Source of the DNA: Thermoplasmata archaeon
GTDB lineage: Archaea; Thermoplasmatota; SW-10-69-26; JACQPN01; JAJPHT01
Reading direction: 5' to 3'
DNA length: 64,000 bases
Assembly: GCA_034667685.1 (NCBI GenBank)
Contig: JAXDQU010000106.1
Coordinates: forward strand, 64,001-128,000
In this document: in pieces, positions 45,964 through 56,414 of the stretch
Numbering within the stretch: position 1 is the first letter of the stretch
Layout of the letters: each line of letters opens with the position of its first letter
Notes under the pieces: generated by a model
The model's database searches: none
What the model was told of the DNA's origin: nothing
Seen by the model: only the letters and a program-made list of their open reading frames with translations
Made by a program: the position numbers and the translations under genes

Positions 45964-46606
45964 GCTGGCCGTAGACGAAGCGCGCCTCCTGCAGCGAGGC
46001 GGGCCGCTCGGGCTCCACGCGCCAGAGGTGGATGCGCTTGCCGCGATAGCTTTCCGGCAGCCGCGGCACGTCGCCCACCTGCACGACGACCTCGGCGCAC
46101 GCGGCTTCCGCGATGCTCCGCGGCGGCTCGTCGGGCACGGAGACGCCGTGCGCCCTGAGCGTCTCGTCGAGCAGCGGCGGCGCCTGGCGCTGGGGCGTCT
46201 CGGCGGCGCGCGCCACTTCCATGGCGCGGGGGACGGCGGCGCGGAGCACGGCCTGCGCGAGGCGCGGCGCCAGGCCATCGGTGCGGGAGACGACGGCGAC
46301 GCCCACCTTGGGATGGCCCGGGGGCAGCTCGAGGTCCGGCGCGTGCGCGGGGCGCGAGGGCATGGGCGCGCCCAGGAGCGCGTGGGGCGCGAGGTCGCGG
46401 CGCTGGAGCCACCACGAGGCCTTGCGCTGGGAGGCAAGCTCCACGAGCGCGGGGCCATGCTGGGGCAGGCGGCCGTGGGCCGCGCGTTGCAGGAGCTCCG
46501 CGGGCGGGAGCCCGAAGTGCATCGCCAGGCGGTGGAGCGCCTCGCGCCGGATCGCCAGCGCGGCGCGGACCTCGCCTTGGGTGCCCTCCAGAGGGACGGG
46601 CTGCAT
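45902..46606 (-). CDS. hypothetical protein with a degenerate LMW-PTP/ArsC-like domain
   Basis: VAVVSRTDGLAPRLAQA in place of the CX5R loop; L...GVSV..E.PRSI, VVVQVG and LWRVE follow the ArsC layout. Confidence 0.55.
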   Translation of the reverse strand: MQPVPLEGTQGEVRAALAIRREALHRLAMHFGLPPAELLQRAAHGRLPQHGPALVELASQRKASWWLQRRDLAPHALLGAPMPSRPAHAPDLELPPGHPKVGVAVVSRTDGLAPRLAQAVLRAAVPRAMEVARAAETPQRQAPPLLDETLRAHGVSVPDEPPRSIAEAACAEVVVQVGDVPRLPESYRGKRIHLWRVEPERPASLQEARFVYGQLTQQAHCLVDEYRKRLHRPT

Positions 46607-46660
46607 GGCGCCAACATGCGGCACGGCGGGAGAGCCATGAAGCTTTCGCGCCACGCCGGG

Positions 46661-47554
46661 TTACGCACGCACCAAATGTGCGCCTTCGCGCCGCCATCCC
46701 GGCCGCCCCGGCGCGAGGTGGACGCCGCCGATCCAGCGCTCGCGCGCCGGCGCCGCCCCCTCGCCTCCCGCCACGCGGACGCCCTCCGGCGTCAGCGCGA
46801 TGCGGCCCTCCGCGAGCTTGACCAGCGCGGGCATGGCGCGCAGCGCCGCCTCGACCTGCGCGTCGCCGAAGCCGCACGCGCCTCCAAGCTCGGTCTGCGC
46901 CCAGGCGGGGAAAAGCTCCGCCATCTCGGTGGGCCCGCGCGATAGCAATCCGAGGAGCGTCGACTCCACGCCGCTCAGGTCCCGCGCGTCGGGGAAGCGC
47001 TGGACCTGCGCGCGCAGCCCGCGGGCCAGGCCCGGCCACGCGGAAAGGTCGGCCGCGAGCAGGCGCGTCAGGCCGGAGGCGTCCGGGCTCGCGATCGCGT
47101 TCCAGAACGCCCGCGCCAGCGCGCGCCGCGGCGGCGTGACGGGCTCGCGCTCGGCGAGCAATTCCTTGAGCCCGCCCACGGGCGCGGTCCCCGCGTCGAG
47201 CACGAGCGACACCCCCGCGTCGGGCGCCGCGCGGGCGAGCCAATCCAAAAGATGGCAGCAGTTGGCCTGGCAGAACAGCTCGTCGTCGAACCAGAGCACG
47301 ATCGCGTGGCTTGCGGCCGCCGCCTCGATGCGCTGGAGCCGTTGCGCCGCGTCCGCGACGTACGCGTCCGCGTCGAGGGCGTAGACCTGCGCCAGCCACG
47401 CGGCGCGGGCGCGCCAGTCCGCTTCGTCCCGCAGCGCGTTGGGGATCGGGCCCTCGCAGAGCATGTCGCGCCAGGGCAGGATCTCGCCCTCGATCCGGGC
47501 CTCGCGCAGCGACATGGCCTGCGCGTCGCCGCTGGTGACGTGGAGCATGAGCAT
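46661..47554 (-). CDS. DUF1835 domain protein
   Basis: LHVTSGD, PWRDMLCEGP, IVLWFDDELFCQ, FGDAQ, RWIGG. Confidence 0.8.
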   Translation of the reverse strand: MLMLHVTSGDAQAMSLREARIEGEILPWRDMLCEGPIPNALRDEADWRARAAWLAQVYALDADAYVADAAQRLQRIEAAAASHAIVLWFDDELFCQANCCHLLDWLARAAPDAGVSLVLDAGTAPVGGLKELLAEREPVTPPRRALARAFWNAIASPDASGLTRLLAADLSAWPGLARGLRAQVQRFPDARDLSGVESTLLGLLSRGPTEMAELFPAWAQTELGGACGFGDAQVEAALRAMPALVKLAEGRIALTPEGVRVAGGEGAAPARERWIGGVHLAPGRPGWRREGAHLVRA

Positions 47555-47593
47555 CGGGAGCAGGCGCGCCCGGATCATCATTGCGCGGGGACC

Positions 47594-47680
47594 GGCCGCC
47601 TCCGGCGGGGAAAATCCCGAATCACGTCCCGCCGGGATTCGGAGATTCGTGATTCGGGTTTTTCCCCGCCGGAGGCGGCC
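47594..47680. repeat. long inverted repeat (33-bp arms, 1 mismatch)
   Basis: GGCCGCCTCCGGCGGGGAAAATCCCGAATCACG versus CGTGATTCGGGTTTTTCCCCGCCGGAGGCGGCC. Confidence 0.9.
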
Positions 47681-47694
47681 AGAATCGGGAGGCC

Positions 47695-49956
47695 TTACTG
47701 CTGCGCCTCCACGACCGCAATCGCCGCCATATTCACAACGTCCCGCACGTCGTCGCCGCGCTGGAGGATGTGGACCGGCTTCGCCATGCCCGCGAGGATC
47801 GGCCCGGTCATCTCGGCCTCGGAGAGGCGCTGGAGCAGCTTGTAGGCGATGTTCGCGCTCTGGAGGTCGGGGAAGACCAGCACGTTGGCGGGCTCGCGCA
47901 GCTTGCTGAAGGAGTATTCCGCGAGCAGCTCCGGGACCACGGCGGTGTCGGCCTGCATCTCGCCATCCACCTCGAGGTCGGGCGCCTTCTGCTTCACGAT
48001 CTCGACGGCGCGCGCGACCTTCTCCGCGAAGGGGTGGCGCGTGCTGCCGAAGTTGCTGAACGAGAGCATGGCGACGCGCGGGGCGACGTCGAACTGGCGC
48101 GCGACCTTGGCCGTCTCGATCGCGATGTCGGCCAGGTCCTCCGCCGTGGGGTCGATGTTGACCGTCGCGTCGGCCAGGAAGAAGACGCGGTTCTTGAGCG
48201 TCATCATGTACATGCCCACCGCGCGGCGCGCGCCCTTCCTGGTGCCGATGATCTGGAGCGCGGGCCGGAGCGCGTCGGGGTAGTGCGTGGTCAGGCCGCC
48301 CACGAGCGCGTCGGCCTCGCCCAGGCGCACCATCATGGCGCCCCAGGCGTGGCGCGTGCGCAGGGTGATATCAGCTTCCGAGCGCGTGACGCCCTTGCGC
48401 CCGCGCATCTTCCAGAGCTCCTCGACGTAGCGCGCGCGGTCGGGGCTCGTGCGCACGTCCACGACCTGCGCCGGGAAGTCGAGGTGCAGCTCCTTCTTCT
48501 TGGCCTCGACGAGGACGGGATCGCCCAGGAGGATCGGGATCGCCACGCCCTCGTCGTGGAGGATCTGGCAGGCGCGCAGGATCTTCTCGTCCTGGCCTTC
48601 AGGGAAGACGACGCGCTTGGGCTGGCGCTTCGCCTTGTTGAGCACGATGCGCATCATCTCGCGCGCCTTGCCCAGCCGCGCCTCCAATTCCTCGGTGTAC
48701 TTCACGAGGTCGATCTGCTTGCGCGCGACGCCCGATTCCATGGCCGCGCGGGCGACGGCCGGCGCCACGTGGAGCAGCACGCGCGGATCGAACGGCTTGG
48801 GGATCACGTAGTCGGGCCCGAACGCGATCGGATCGCCGCCGTACGCGCGGATCACCTCGTCGGGCACGTCGGTCTTCGCGAGGTCGGCGAGCGCCTTGGC
48901 CGCCGCGACCTTCATCGCCTCGTTGATCGCCTTCGCGCGGACGTCCAGCGCGCCGCGGAAGATGTACGGGTAGCCCAGCACGTTGTTGACCTGGTTGGGG
49001 AAGTCGCTCCGGCCCGTGCCCACGATGGCGTCGGGCCGCGCGCGCTTCGCGTCGTCGTACGGGATCTCCGGGTCGGGGTTCGCCAGCGCGAAGATCACCG
49101 GGCGGGGCGCCATGCCCTTGAGCATCTCGGGCGTCACGAGCCCCTTCACCGAGAGGCCCACGAAGACGTCGGCGCCCTGGAGCGCGTCCGCGATCGTGCG
49201 GCGCCCGTCGTCGGCCTGCGCGAACTCCTCCTTGTAGGGGTTCATGCCCTCCTTGCGCCCGCGGTACACGACGCCCTTGGAGTCCACGAGCGTGATGCGC
49301 TCGCGCCTGCACCCCAGCTCGACGTAGAAGCGCGCGCACGCGATGCTCGCCGCCCCCGCGCCGCTCACGACGATGCGCACCTGGTCGAGCCGCTTGCCGG
49401 TGATGCCCATCGCGTTGACGATGCCCGCACCGCTGATGATGGCCGTGCCGTGCTGGTCGTCGTGGAAGATCGGGATCTCGCAGATGCCGCGCAGCTTCTC
49501 CTCGATGTAGAAGCACTCGGGCGCTTTGATATCTTCGAGGTTCACGGCGCCGAAGGTGGGCGTGAGGTTCTTCACGACGTTGACGAACTCGTCGGGGTCC
49601 TGCGTGCTGACCTCGATGTCGAAGACGTCGATGTCGGCGAACTTCTTCATCAGCACGCCCTTCCCCTCCATCACGGGCTTGCCGGCCGCCGCGCCGATGT
49701 TGCCCAGCCCGAGCACCGCCGTGCCGTTGCTGATGACGGCCACGAGGTTGCCCTTCGCCGTGTAGCGGTACGCGAGGTCCGCGTCCTTCGCGATCTCCAG
49801 GCAAGGAATGGCAACGCCCGGCGAGTACGCGATCGAGAGGTCGCGCTGCGTCGCGGTGGGCTTGGTGGGCACGACGCTGATCTTGCCGCGCGGCTCGCGG
49901 CTGTGATAGTCGAGGACTTCCTGGTCGGTGAACCGGCGCGGGCCGTGCTCGGTCAT
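47695..49956 (-). CDS. maeB: NADP-dependent malic enzyme with a phosphotransacetylase-like domain
   Basis: [51 protein letters not shown]. Confidence 0.96.
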   Translation of the reverse strand: MTEHGPRRFTDQEVLDYHSREPRGKISVVPTKPTATQRDLSIAYSPGVAIPCLEIAKDADLAYRYTAKGNLVAVISNGTAVLGLGNIGAAAGKPVMEGKGVLMKKFADIDVFDIEVSTQDPDEFVNVVKNLTPTFGAVNLEDIKAPECFYIEEKLRGICEIPIFHDDQHGTAIISGAGIVNAMGITGKRLDQVRIVVSGAGAASIACARFYVELGCRRERITLVDSKGVVYRGRKEGMNPYKEEFAQADDGRRTIADALQGADVFVGLSVKGLVTPEMLKGMAPRPVIFALANPDPEIPYDDAKRARPDAIVGTGRSDFPNQVNNVLGYPYIFRGALDVRAKAINEAMKVAAAKALADLAKTDVPDEVIRAYGGDPIAFGPDYVIPKPFDPRVLLHVAPAVARAAMESGVARKQIDLVKYTEELEARLGKAREMMRIVLNKAKRQPKRVVFPEGQDEKILRACQILHDEGVAIPILLGDPVLVEAKKKELHLDFPAQVVDVRTSPDRARYVEELWKMRGRKGVTRSEADITLRTRHAWGAMMVRLGEADALVGGLTTHYPDALRPALQIIGTRKGARRAVGMYMMTLKNRVFFLADATVNIDPTAEDLADIAIETAKVARQFDVAPRVAMLSFSNFGSTRHPFAEKVARAVEIVKQKAPDLEVDGEMQADTAVVPELLAEYSFSKLREPANVLVFPDLQSANIAYKLLQRLSEAEMTGPILAGMAKPVHILQRGDDVRDVVNMAAIAVVEAQQ

Positions 49957-50037
49957 GGGGAACGCTGCGGCACTCGCCGCCGCGGGAAAATAGGTGTTGG
50001 GTGCTCCCGCGCTCCGCATGCGGAGCCAAAAGGGGGG

Positions 50038-50757
50038 CTATTCCTCCCCCTCGTACTTCATCAGCTCGCGCCACTCGGACGAGCGCCCCTCGCCCTGGCC
50101 CCAGCCCAGCCAGTATTGCAGCTCGCTGTCGTTGCGCTCGGCCTCGACGAACGGGTTCCAGAGGAGCGTGGTCAGGCCGTTGGGCAGCAGGAGCAGGATG
50201 CCCATGAGACGCGCGAAGGCCTCCTCGCGCAGGAGGAGCCCCTGGTGCTCGTCGAGGACGACCAGCGAGCGGCCCGGCAGCAGGTTGTGCTCCTTGAGCG
50301 TCTTGGCCCAGCCGCGCTCGCGGGCGGCGTCGACGCGCGTGTCGGCGCTCTCGGGGACGGGCGTTCGGTGCTCGAAGAGCGTGACGCGCCCGTAGATCGC
50401 GTGCACGATGTCGAACTCGCGCAGGCCCGTGGCGCGCGCGTCGACCGCGAGCAGCACGTGCCCGGTGGCGGCGCGGGAGAGGTGCGCGCGCAGCACGCCT
50501 GCGAGGTCGTCCCCCGGCTGCATCCTCACGTAGGCGACGCGCATCGTGATCTTGGCGTCGGCCGCGAGGAACGCCGGATCGTCCCACGTGAACGCGGGGA
50601 ACGAGACGCGCTTGCGGTGCTCCGCCACGAAGAGGGCGAAGTCCAGCAGGCCCTGGAGGCTCGCGGGATCGCCCTCGCGCGGCGCGTCCTCGACGCCCTG
50701 CTCGGCCAGGGAGGCGAGAAGCTCGTCGGGCGGGGGAAGGGCGCGCTGGCGGACCAC
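50038..50757 (-). CDS. hypothetical protein
   Basis: ORF with host-like codon use filling the gap between maeB and truA. Confidence 0.65.
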   Translation of the reverse strand: MVRQRALPPPDELLASLAEQGVEDAPREGDPASLQGLLDFALFVAEHRKRVSFPAFTWDDPAFLAADAKITMRVAYVRMQPGDDLAGVLRAHLSRAATGHVLLAVDARATGLREFDIVHAIYGRVTLFEHRTPVPESADTRVDAARERGWAKTLKEHNLLPGRSLVVLDEHQGLLLREEAFARLMGILLLLPNGLTTLLWNPFVEAERNDSELQYWLGWGQGEGRSSEWRELMKYEGEE

Positions 50758-50813
50758 GGCGCGGGCAGGACGGCCAGGCTCCTATTTGTTGCGGGAGCCC
50801 GCTCCGGGCGCGC

Positions 50814-51590
50814 TTGCGGTACGCGGTCAGGGTGGCCTACGACGGGACACGCTTCGCCGGCAGCCAGGTCCAGCCGGGTATGCGCACGGTCCACGGCGAG
50901 GTCGCCCGCGCGCTGCGCGAGATCGACCCGGAGGCGCCGCTCGGGCTGCGCTGGGCCGGCCGCACCGACGCGGGCGTCTCCGCGCGCGGCAACGTCGTCG
51001 CGTTCGAGACGACCCACCCGGCGGAGTCGCTCTGCGCGGCGCTCACCTTCCGCATGGAGGACGCATGGTGCTGGGCCCTCGCGCCCGTGGACGCCGCGTT
51101 CGAGCCGCGCCACGCCAGGCTGCGCCTCTACCGCTACTTCCTGCGCAGCGGCGCCGACGCGGCCGCGGTCGGGAAGGCGCTGCGCCCGTTCGTGGGCACG
51201 CACGACTTCACCGCGTTCTGCCGCCTCGAAGAGGGCGTCAACCCGACGCGCACCGTGCGCGAGGTCGCCGCGTGGCGCGACGGCCCCTTCCTCGTGCTGG
51301 ACATCGCGGGCGAGTCCTTCCTCTGGAACCAGGTGCGCCGCATGGTGGAGGCCGCGCGCCGCGAAGCCGCGGGCGAGATCGCACCCGGAAGGATCGCGGA
51401 CGCCTTGGCCGCGGGGAAGCCCGCGGACCTCGGCACCGCCGCGCCCGAAGGCCTCGTCCTGCTCGACGTGCGGTACGACGGCCTCGCATGGACGCCGGCG
51501 CCCGCGAAGGTCACGGCGCGCATGGCGGCGCACTTCGAGCCCGCTGAGCTGGCGGTGGCGCGCGGCCGCGCGATGCGGGAGGGCGCCTGA
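50814..51590 (+). CDS. truA: tRNA pseudouridine(38-40) synthase
   Basis: YDGTRF.GSQ.QP, GRTDAGVSA, GTHDF, SFLWNQVRRMV, PEGL.L. Confidence 0.94.
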   Translation: MRYAVRVAYDGTRFAGSQVQPGMRTVHGEVARALREIDPEAPLGLRWAGRTDAGVSARGNVVAFETTHPAESLCAALTFRMEDAWCWALAPVDAAFEPRHARLRLYRYFLRSGADAAAVGKALRPFVGTHDFTAFCRLEEGVNPTRTVREVAAWRDGPFLVLDIAGESFLWNQVRRMVEAARREAAGEIAPGRIADALAAGKPADLGTAAPEGLVLLDVRYDGLAWTPAPAKVTARMAAHFEPAELAVARGRAMREGA

Positions 51591-52063
51591 TGCGCGTCGG
51601 CCTCATCTCGGACACCCATGACAACGCCCCGGCGGTGCGCCACGCGGCGCGCTTCTTCCTGGAGCAGGGCGTGGACCTCGTGCTGCACCTGGGCGACGTG
51701 TGCGAGCCCGAGACGTTCGCGCTCCTCGAAGGGCTCCCCGTGCAGGCCGTGCGCGGCAACAACGACGTCGCCCTCGCGCGCCTCCCCGACTCGTGGCAAT
51801 CCAACCTCGCGGGCATCGACGTCTTCGCGACGCACGGCCACATCCCCGGCATGATCCGCGGCGCCGTCGGGCGCGTCGACCTGATCCTGCACGGCCACAC
51901 GCACAAGCGCCGCCTCACGAGATTCGACCGCTCGCTCGTCGTCAACCCGGGCGCGTTGTGGCGCTGCAAGGAAAGGACCATCGCGATCCTGACGCTGCCT
52001 AGCCTGGAGGTCGCGTTCTTCCCCGTGGGGGAGGACGGCGTCCGCCCCGCGCTGGCTGAGTAA
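51590..52063 (+). CDS. YfcE-family metallophosphoesterase
   Basis: SDTH, HLGD, GNND, THG, GHTH and NPG motifs. Confidence 0.9.
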   Translation: MRVGLISDTHDNAPAVRHAARFFLEQGVDLVLHLGDVCEPETFALLEGLPVQAVRGNNDVALARLPDSWQSNLAGIDVFATHGHIPGMIRGAVGRVDLILHGHTHKRRLTRFDRSLVVNPGALWRCKERTIAILTLPSLEVAFFPVGEDGVRPALAE

Positions 52064-52094
52064 CATTCAGGACCCCTCGTGCCTACCCGCCCGC

Positions 52095-53591
52095 GTGCGA
52101 AGGCTTCTCCCGACCCTTCTCGTCGCGATCCTGGCCGGGTGCGTGCACGCCGCCGCCCCGCCCGCCACGCCGAGCCCCGAACCCCTCGCGGCCGCCGTGA
52201 CCCCCGCCGCGCCCGACGCGGTCGTGACGTGCTGGCTCCTCGACGCGAACGAGACGCCGCTGGACGAGGGCACGTGCGGCTTCGGCTGGGACGGCCAGGA
52301 GCGCGAGCTGCGCGTCGACGCGCGGGGCGAGGCCAACGTCTCCCTCGCGCCTGGCACCAGGCTGGCCCTCACGGGACGGGCCCCGGGCTACGCGGAGCTG
52401 CGCCTCGCGTTCGTGGCCAACGCCAGCCGCGTCGTGCCGCTCCACCTCGTCCGCAACCTCACCGGGGCGCCGGTCGCCGCGCCGCCCCCGTCCGTGCCCG
52501 CCCTCGACCCGCGCGCATGGCTTCCCCCGGTCGTCGTGGCTGAAGGCGTCAACGAGCCTTTCCTCGCGGTCGCGCCCGACGGCACCCTCTACGACGCGCC
52601 GCTGAACAGCCTCTACGCGAGCCGCGACGGGGGCGCGACGTGGCGCGACGTGAGCCCCTCCACGGCGCTCCCCACCCTGGCGAGCGACGCGAGCTTCAGC
52701 GTCGCGCCCGACGGCACGCTCTGGTACGCGCGGCTCTGGGGCTACGCCGGAGGCACGCTCGCGTGCGCGAGCCACGACGCGGCGGCGAGCTGGTCCTGCA
52801 ACAACCTCGCGCTGCCGGGCCTGACCGACCGGATGGCCATCCTGGGCCTCGGGGGCGATGCCGCCGACCTCCAGAGCAACGAGGGCACGGAGCAGGCCGT
52901 CTGGGCCCAGACCACCAACGGCGGCCTCACCTTCGTCCCCTACGCCACCGACGCGGGGGGCGTCGAGAGCACGAGGCTGGGCAACATGGCCTACGACGCG
53001 ACGCACCGCGCAGCCTGGCAAGTCGGGTACGCCTCCACGGGCGTCGTGCTCGTGCCGCTGGGCCAGGGGCCCCTCGTCACCGCGGCGTGCGCGACGGGCG
53101 TCCCCGCCGGCCTCGCCCTGCCGAGCCTCGCGGAGAGCCGTGGAGTCCTCTGGGTCGCCGAGGAATCGGACGCGGGCCTCCAGATCGCCAGGAGCGGGGA
53201 CGGCTGCGCGCGCTGGGACCACTGGACCGTCCCCGTGCAGCCCGCGCGGACCGCCCTGGCCGCCGTCGCCGCGCGCGGTCCCGACGTCGCCGTGGCGTTC
53301 TATGGGAGCGACGGGGCCACCTGGAGCGTCTACGTCGTGCGCACGCAGGACGCACTCGACGCCTCCCCCACGTGGGTCGAGGAGCGGGTGGTCCGCGGCG
53401 TCCACTCGGGCGACCTCTGTATCGCGCTCAACTGCGATCCCACCGGCGCGACGGGCGACCGCTTCGCGGGCGACTTCATGGGCGTCGCCATCGCCAGGGA
53501 CGGCAGCGCGCTGGTGGCCTACAACGACGACCTCTCGCGGCCCGGCCACGATCCCACGATGTTCGTGCGCGAGGCGCCGCGCGGCCGATAG
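52095..53591 (+). CDS. lipoprotein with a BNR/sialidase-like beta-propeller
   Basis: Lipobox LAGC, Asp-boxes (SRDGGATW), C-terminal GDFMGVAI. Confidence 0.8.
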   Translation: MRRLLPTLLVAILAGCVHAAAPPATPSPEPLAAAVTPAAPDAVVTCWLLDANETPLDEGTCGFGWDGQERELRVDARGEANVSLAPGTRLALTGRAPGYAELRLAFVANASRVVPLHLVRNLTGAPVAAPPPSVPALDPRAWLPPVVVAEGVNEPFLAVAPDGTLYDAPLNSLYASRDGGATWRDVSPSTALPTLASDASFSVAPDGTLWYARLWGYAGGTLACASHDAAASWSCNNLALPGLTDRMAILGLGGDAADLQSNEGTEQAVWAQTTNGGLTFVPYATDAGGVESTRLGNMAYDATHRAAWQVGYASTGVVLVPLGQGPLVTAACATGVPAGLALPSLAESRGVLWVAEESDAGLQIARSGDGCARWDHWTVPVQPARTALAAVAARGPDVAVAFYGSDGATWSVYVVRTQDALDASPTWVEERVVRGVHSGDLCIALNCDPTGATGDRFAGDFMGVAIARDGSALVAYNDDLSRPGHDPTMFVREAPRGR

Positions 53592-53621
53592 CGCCATCCA
53601 CCGCGGCCACGATCCCCGCGC

Positions 53622-54083
53622 ATGGACCTGGAGAACCCGCCCGAGAACCCCTGCTTCGGCTGCGGTCCGCAGCACGCGCGGGGCCTGCGCCTCGCCTTCC
53701 GCCGCGAAGGGGACGAGCTCGTCACGACGCACGCCCCGCAGCCCGACGAGGTCGGGTGGCCCGGCCTCTTCCACACCGGGCTGCACTTCACGCTGCTCTA
53801 CGAGGTCAGCTACTGGGCCGCGCTGGAGCTGACGGGCAAGGTCATGACCAGCTTCGGCCCCGCGACGTTCGACCAGGAGCGCCTTCCGCGGGTGGGCGCG
53901 GCCACGACGGCCCGCGCGCGCATCGTGGCGACCGATCCGCTCACCGTCGAAGCCCGCACCACGAGCGCCGAAGGCAAGACGCAAGCCACGCTGCGGACGA
54001 CGTGGCGGGCGGCGAGCCGCGCGAGGACCGAACGCGCCGGCATCGCGCTGCCGGGTTATCTGACTGATAGCATGGAGCCGTGA
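53622..54083 (+). CDS. hotdog-fold (PaaI-like) thioesterase family protein
   Basis: CFGCG...GL.L.F, GWPG..H.G...LL.E. Confidence 0.8.
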   Translation: MDLENPPENPCFGCGPQHARGLRLAFRREGDELVTTHAPQPDEVGWPGLFHTGLHFTLLYEVSYWAALELTGKVMTSFGPATFDQERLPRVGAATTARARIVATDPLTVEARTTSAEGKTQATLRTTWRAASRARTERAGIALPGYLTDSMEP

Positions 54084-54290
54084 TCAGCGGGGCGGCTCCG
54101 GCAGGAACCAGTGGATGAATCCGCACCTGGCGCAGACGTAGCACGTGCCGCTCGCGTTCGCCCAGTCGAAGCCGAAGAAGGTCGCCGTGGAGGTGTTGAG
54201 CTGCGCCTCGCGGTCCCAGAACTCGTCGTGCCCGCAGTGGTGGCACAGGAGGGGCTTCCCGATCGTGACTTTCCGGGCAAGCGGGGGCAT
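54084..54290 (-). CDS. small Zn-ribbon protein
   Basis: MPPLARK...CHHCG.DEF...LNT...TFFGFDWAN...C.RCGFIHWF. Confidence 0.8.
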   Translation of the reverse strand: MPPLARKVTIGKPLLCHHCGHDEFWDREAQLNTSTATFFGFDWANASGTCYVCARCGFIHWFLPEPPR

Positions 54291-54328
54291 GCGCTCCGAT
54301 GCGCAGGATCCTGCTTCAGCGTTGGCGG

Positions 54329-56326
54329 TCACCCGAACGCGACCTTCTTCTCCTTCTCCGCGCGCGCCGCCGCGTCCTCCGCGAGCAGCCGCGCGATCTC
54401 GCCACGGTTGAACACGTTGCTCTCTTCGGCGAGGACGAGGTTCTGGTCCGCCTCCTTCCTGAGCAGGATCTTCACCATGCGCTCGTCGATCGTCTCGGGC
54501 GTGACGAAGAATTCCACCTGCACGGGGCGGTCCTGGCCGATGCGGTGGACGCGGTCCATGGCCTGCGCGTGCACGGCGGGCGTCCAACCCAGGTGGACGA
54601 AGAGGACGAAGCGCGCCGCGGTGAAGTTGAGGCCGATGCCGCCGGCCTCCATCTGCGCGAGGAGGATCTTCGGGCCGTGCTCGCTGCCGAAGGTCGTCGC
54701 CAATTCCTGGCGCTTGCGCGGGGGCGTGGAGCCATCGAGCATCGCGGCGACCTCCGGAAAGGCGTCCTTCAATTGGCGCAGCGGCTCCAGGTAGTGGCTG
54801 TAGACGACGACGCTCTCGCCCGCGTCCAGAAGCTCCTGGACGCGCTCCTTGACGGGCTCGACGCGCGTGAGGGCGAGGTGCTGGCGGAGGCTGTGGATGG
54901 CGGCGAAGACGGCGACGTCGCTCTGCGCCTTGCGCATCGTCTCGGCGGCCTGCGCCTCGAGCTGACGGTACGCGCTCGCGTCGCGCGGCGCCATCTCGTG
55001 CTTGGTGATCGTGATCGTGCGCGGCGGAAGCTCGGCGAGCACCTCGTCCTTGCGCCGGCGCAGGAGCACGTCGCGCGTGGCGCGCTGGAGGAAATCCGCC
55101 GCGAGGTTGCGGACGGCGCCGTAGCGGTTGAAGAGGCTCGCGTCGACCTTCCACGTGCGGCTGAACTCGGCGCGGCTCTGGAAGCGGCGCGGGTCGACCT
55201 GCTCCAGCAATTCGTAGTAGTCCTCGATGCCGTTGACGAGCGGCGTGCCGGTGAGCAGGAGGCGGCGCTTCTGGGGGAGCGCCTTGACGAGCTTGGCGCG
55301 CTGCGTCTCGGGGTTGCGGATGTAGTGCGCCTCGTCGAGGATCAGCACGTCGCGGTGCGCCACGTGCGGGTCGCCGGCGTCGAGGTTGCGCAGCGCGTCG
55401 TACGTCGTGAGCAGGAATCGCCCGTGCGGGTTGCCGATCCAGCGCTGCTGGTGGTAGACGAGCGGCGCCTCGTCGGTGAAGCGCGACACCTCGTCGGCCC
55501 AGTTGTAGAGCACGTTGGCGGGCCCGACGACCAGGGCGCGCGCGTCCGCCGCCAGCACGGCCGCGATGGTCATGACGGTCTTGCCCAGGCCCATCTCGTC
55601 GGCGAGGATCGCGTCCAGGCCGCGGCCCACGAGGAAGCGCACGCCCTCCTCCTGGTAGTGGCGCAGCTTGCCCTGGAAGTGCGGGATCGGGTCGGGCAGC
55701 ACGGCCTCCTTGATATCACGGTGCTCGAAGGCGTCGGCGCGCTGCTTGAGCGCGGTGAGCTCCTTCTGCGCCTTCCAGAGGTCGTCCGCGCCGATGCCGC
55801 GCAGCGCGGCGCTGATCTCGCGCGCCTCGTCGCGCTGCTGCGCCTTGGCGGCCTCGCGCTCGCGCTGCTTGAGGCGGTCGAGCGCCTCGTCGAGCGCGAT
55901 CAGGTCCTTGCGCGACTCGACGGCGAACTCGGGGCGATCGCGCGCCCAGACGGCCAGCTCGGTGCGCCCCGCGCGCAGCGCCGCGAGCGCTTCGGCCGGC
56001 TCCGCGTCGAGGAGCTTCAGCAGCGCGGGCACGTCGACCGGGCGCGCCTTGGCGTACGCCTCGCCCGCGCGGCCCAGCGTCACGGGCGCCTCGCCCGGCT
56101 CCGGCTCCAGCGTGGCGCGCAGGAGCATCGCGGCCTTCTGGAGCCTGGCGAAGGCCGGCTCGCGCACGAAGCGCGACCAGGAGAGCGCGCGCGGGTCGCG
56201 GTCCACCTCGATGGGCGCGCCCATCATGGCGAGCGACTTCCAGACGCGTGACTCGTCGGCCACGTCGTCCACGATGCGGACGTAGTAGCGGTCGGCCACC
56301 TTGCGGTAGCGCAGCTTCACGGGCAC
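54329..56326 (-). CDS. SNF2-family helicase/translocase
   Basis: LRHYQ, LADEMGLGKT, DEAH, LTGTP, LRRRK, GIGLN, QAMDRVHRIGQ. GTG start chosen to avoid overlap with the + strand peptide gene. Confidence 0.92.
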   Translation of the reverse strand: MPVKLRYRKVADRYYVRIVDDVADESRVWKSLAMMGAPIEVDRDPRALSWSRFVREPAFARLQKAAMLLRATLEPEPGEAPVTLGRAGEAYAKARPVDVPALLKLLDAEPAEALAALRAGRTELAVWARDRPEFAVESRKDLIALDEALDRLKQREREAAKAQQRDEAREISAALRGIGADDLWKAQKELTALKQRADAFEHRDIKEAVLPDPIPHFQGKLRHYQEEGVRFLVGRGLDAILADEMGLGKTVMTIAAVLAADARALVVGPANVLYNWADEVSRFTDEAPLVYHQQRWIGNPHGRFLLTTYDALRNLDAGDPHVAHRDVLILDEAHYIRNPETQRAKLVKALPQKRRLLLTGTPLVNGIEDYYELLEQVDPRRFQSRAEFSRTWKVDASLFNRYGAVRNLAADFLQRATRDVLLRRRKDEVLAELPPRTITITKHEMAPRDASAYRQLEAQAAETMRKAQSDVAVFAAIHSLRQHLALTRVEPVKERVQELLDAGESVVVYSHYLEPLRQLKDAFPEVAAMLDGSTPPRKRQELATTFGSEHGPKILLAQMEAGGIGLNFTAARFVLFVHLGWTPAVHAQAMDRVHRIGQDRPVQVEFFVTPETIDERMVKILLRKEADQNLVLAEESNVFNRGEIARLLAEDAAARAEKEKKVAFG

Positions 56327-56414
56327 CCGACTTTCGGCGCCGGCTTCAACGTTTGTCCCAGGAGGAATCTTCTTGGACCCCCGCGGGCCTGGCGCCGCCG
56401 GAGGCGCGGCCCCC

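Noticed and set aside
21878-51621. Very long antisense or alternative-frame ORFs (e.g. 21878-25612, 36435-40256, 47770-51621)
   Set aside because: Shadow ORFs typical of high-GC DNA: Arg/Ala/Gly-rich, motif-free and overlapping well-supported genes.
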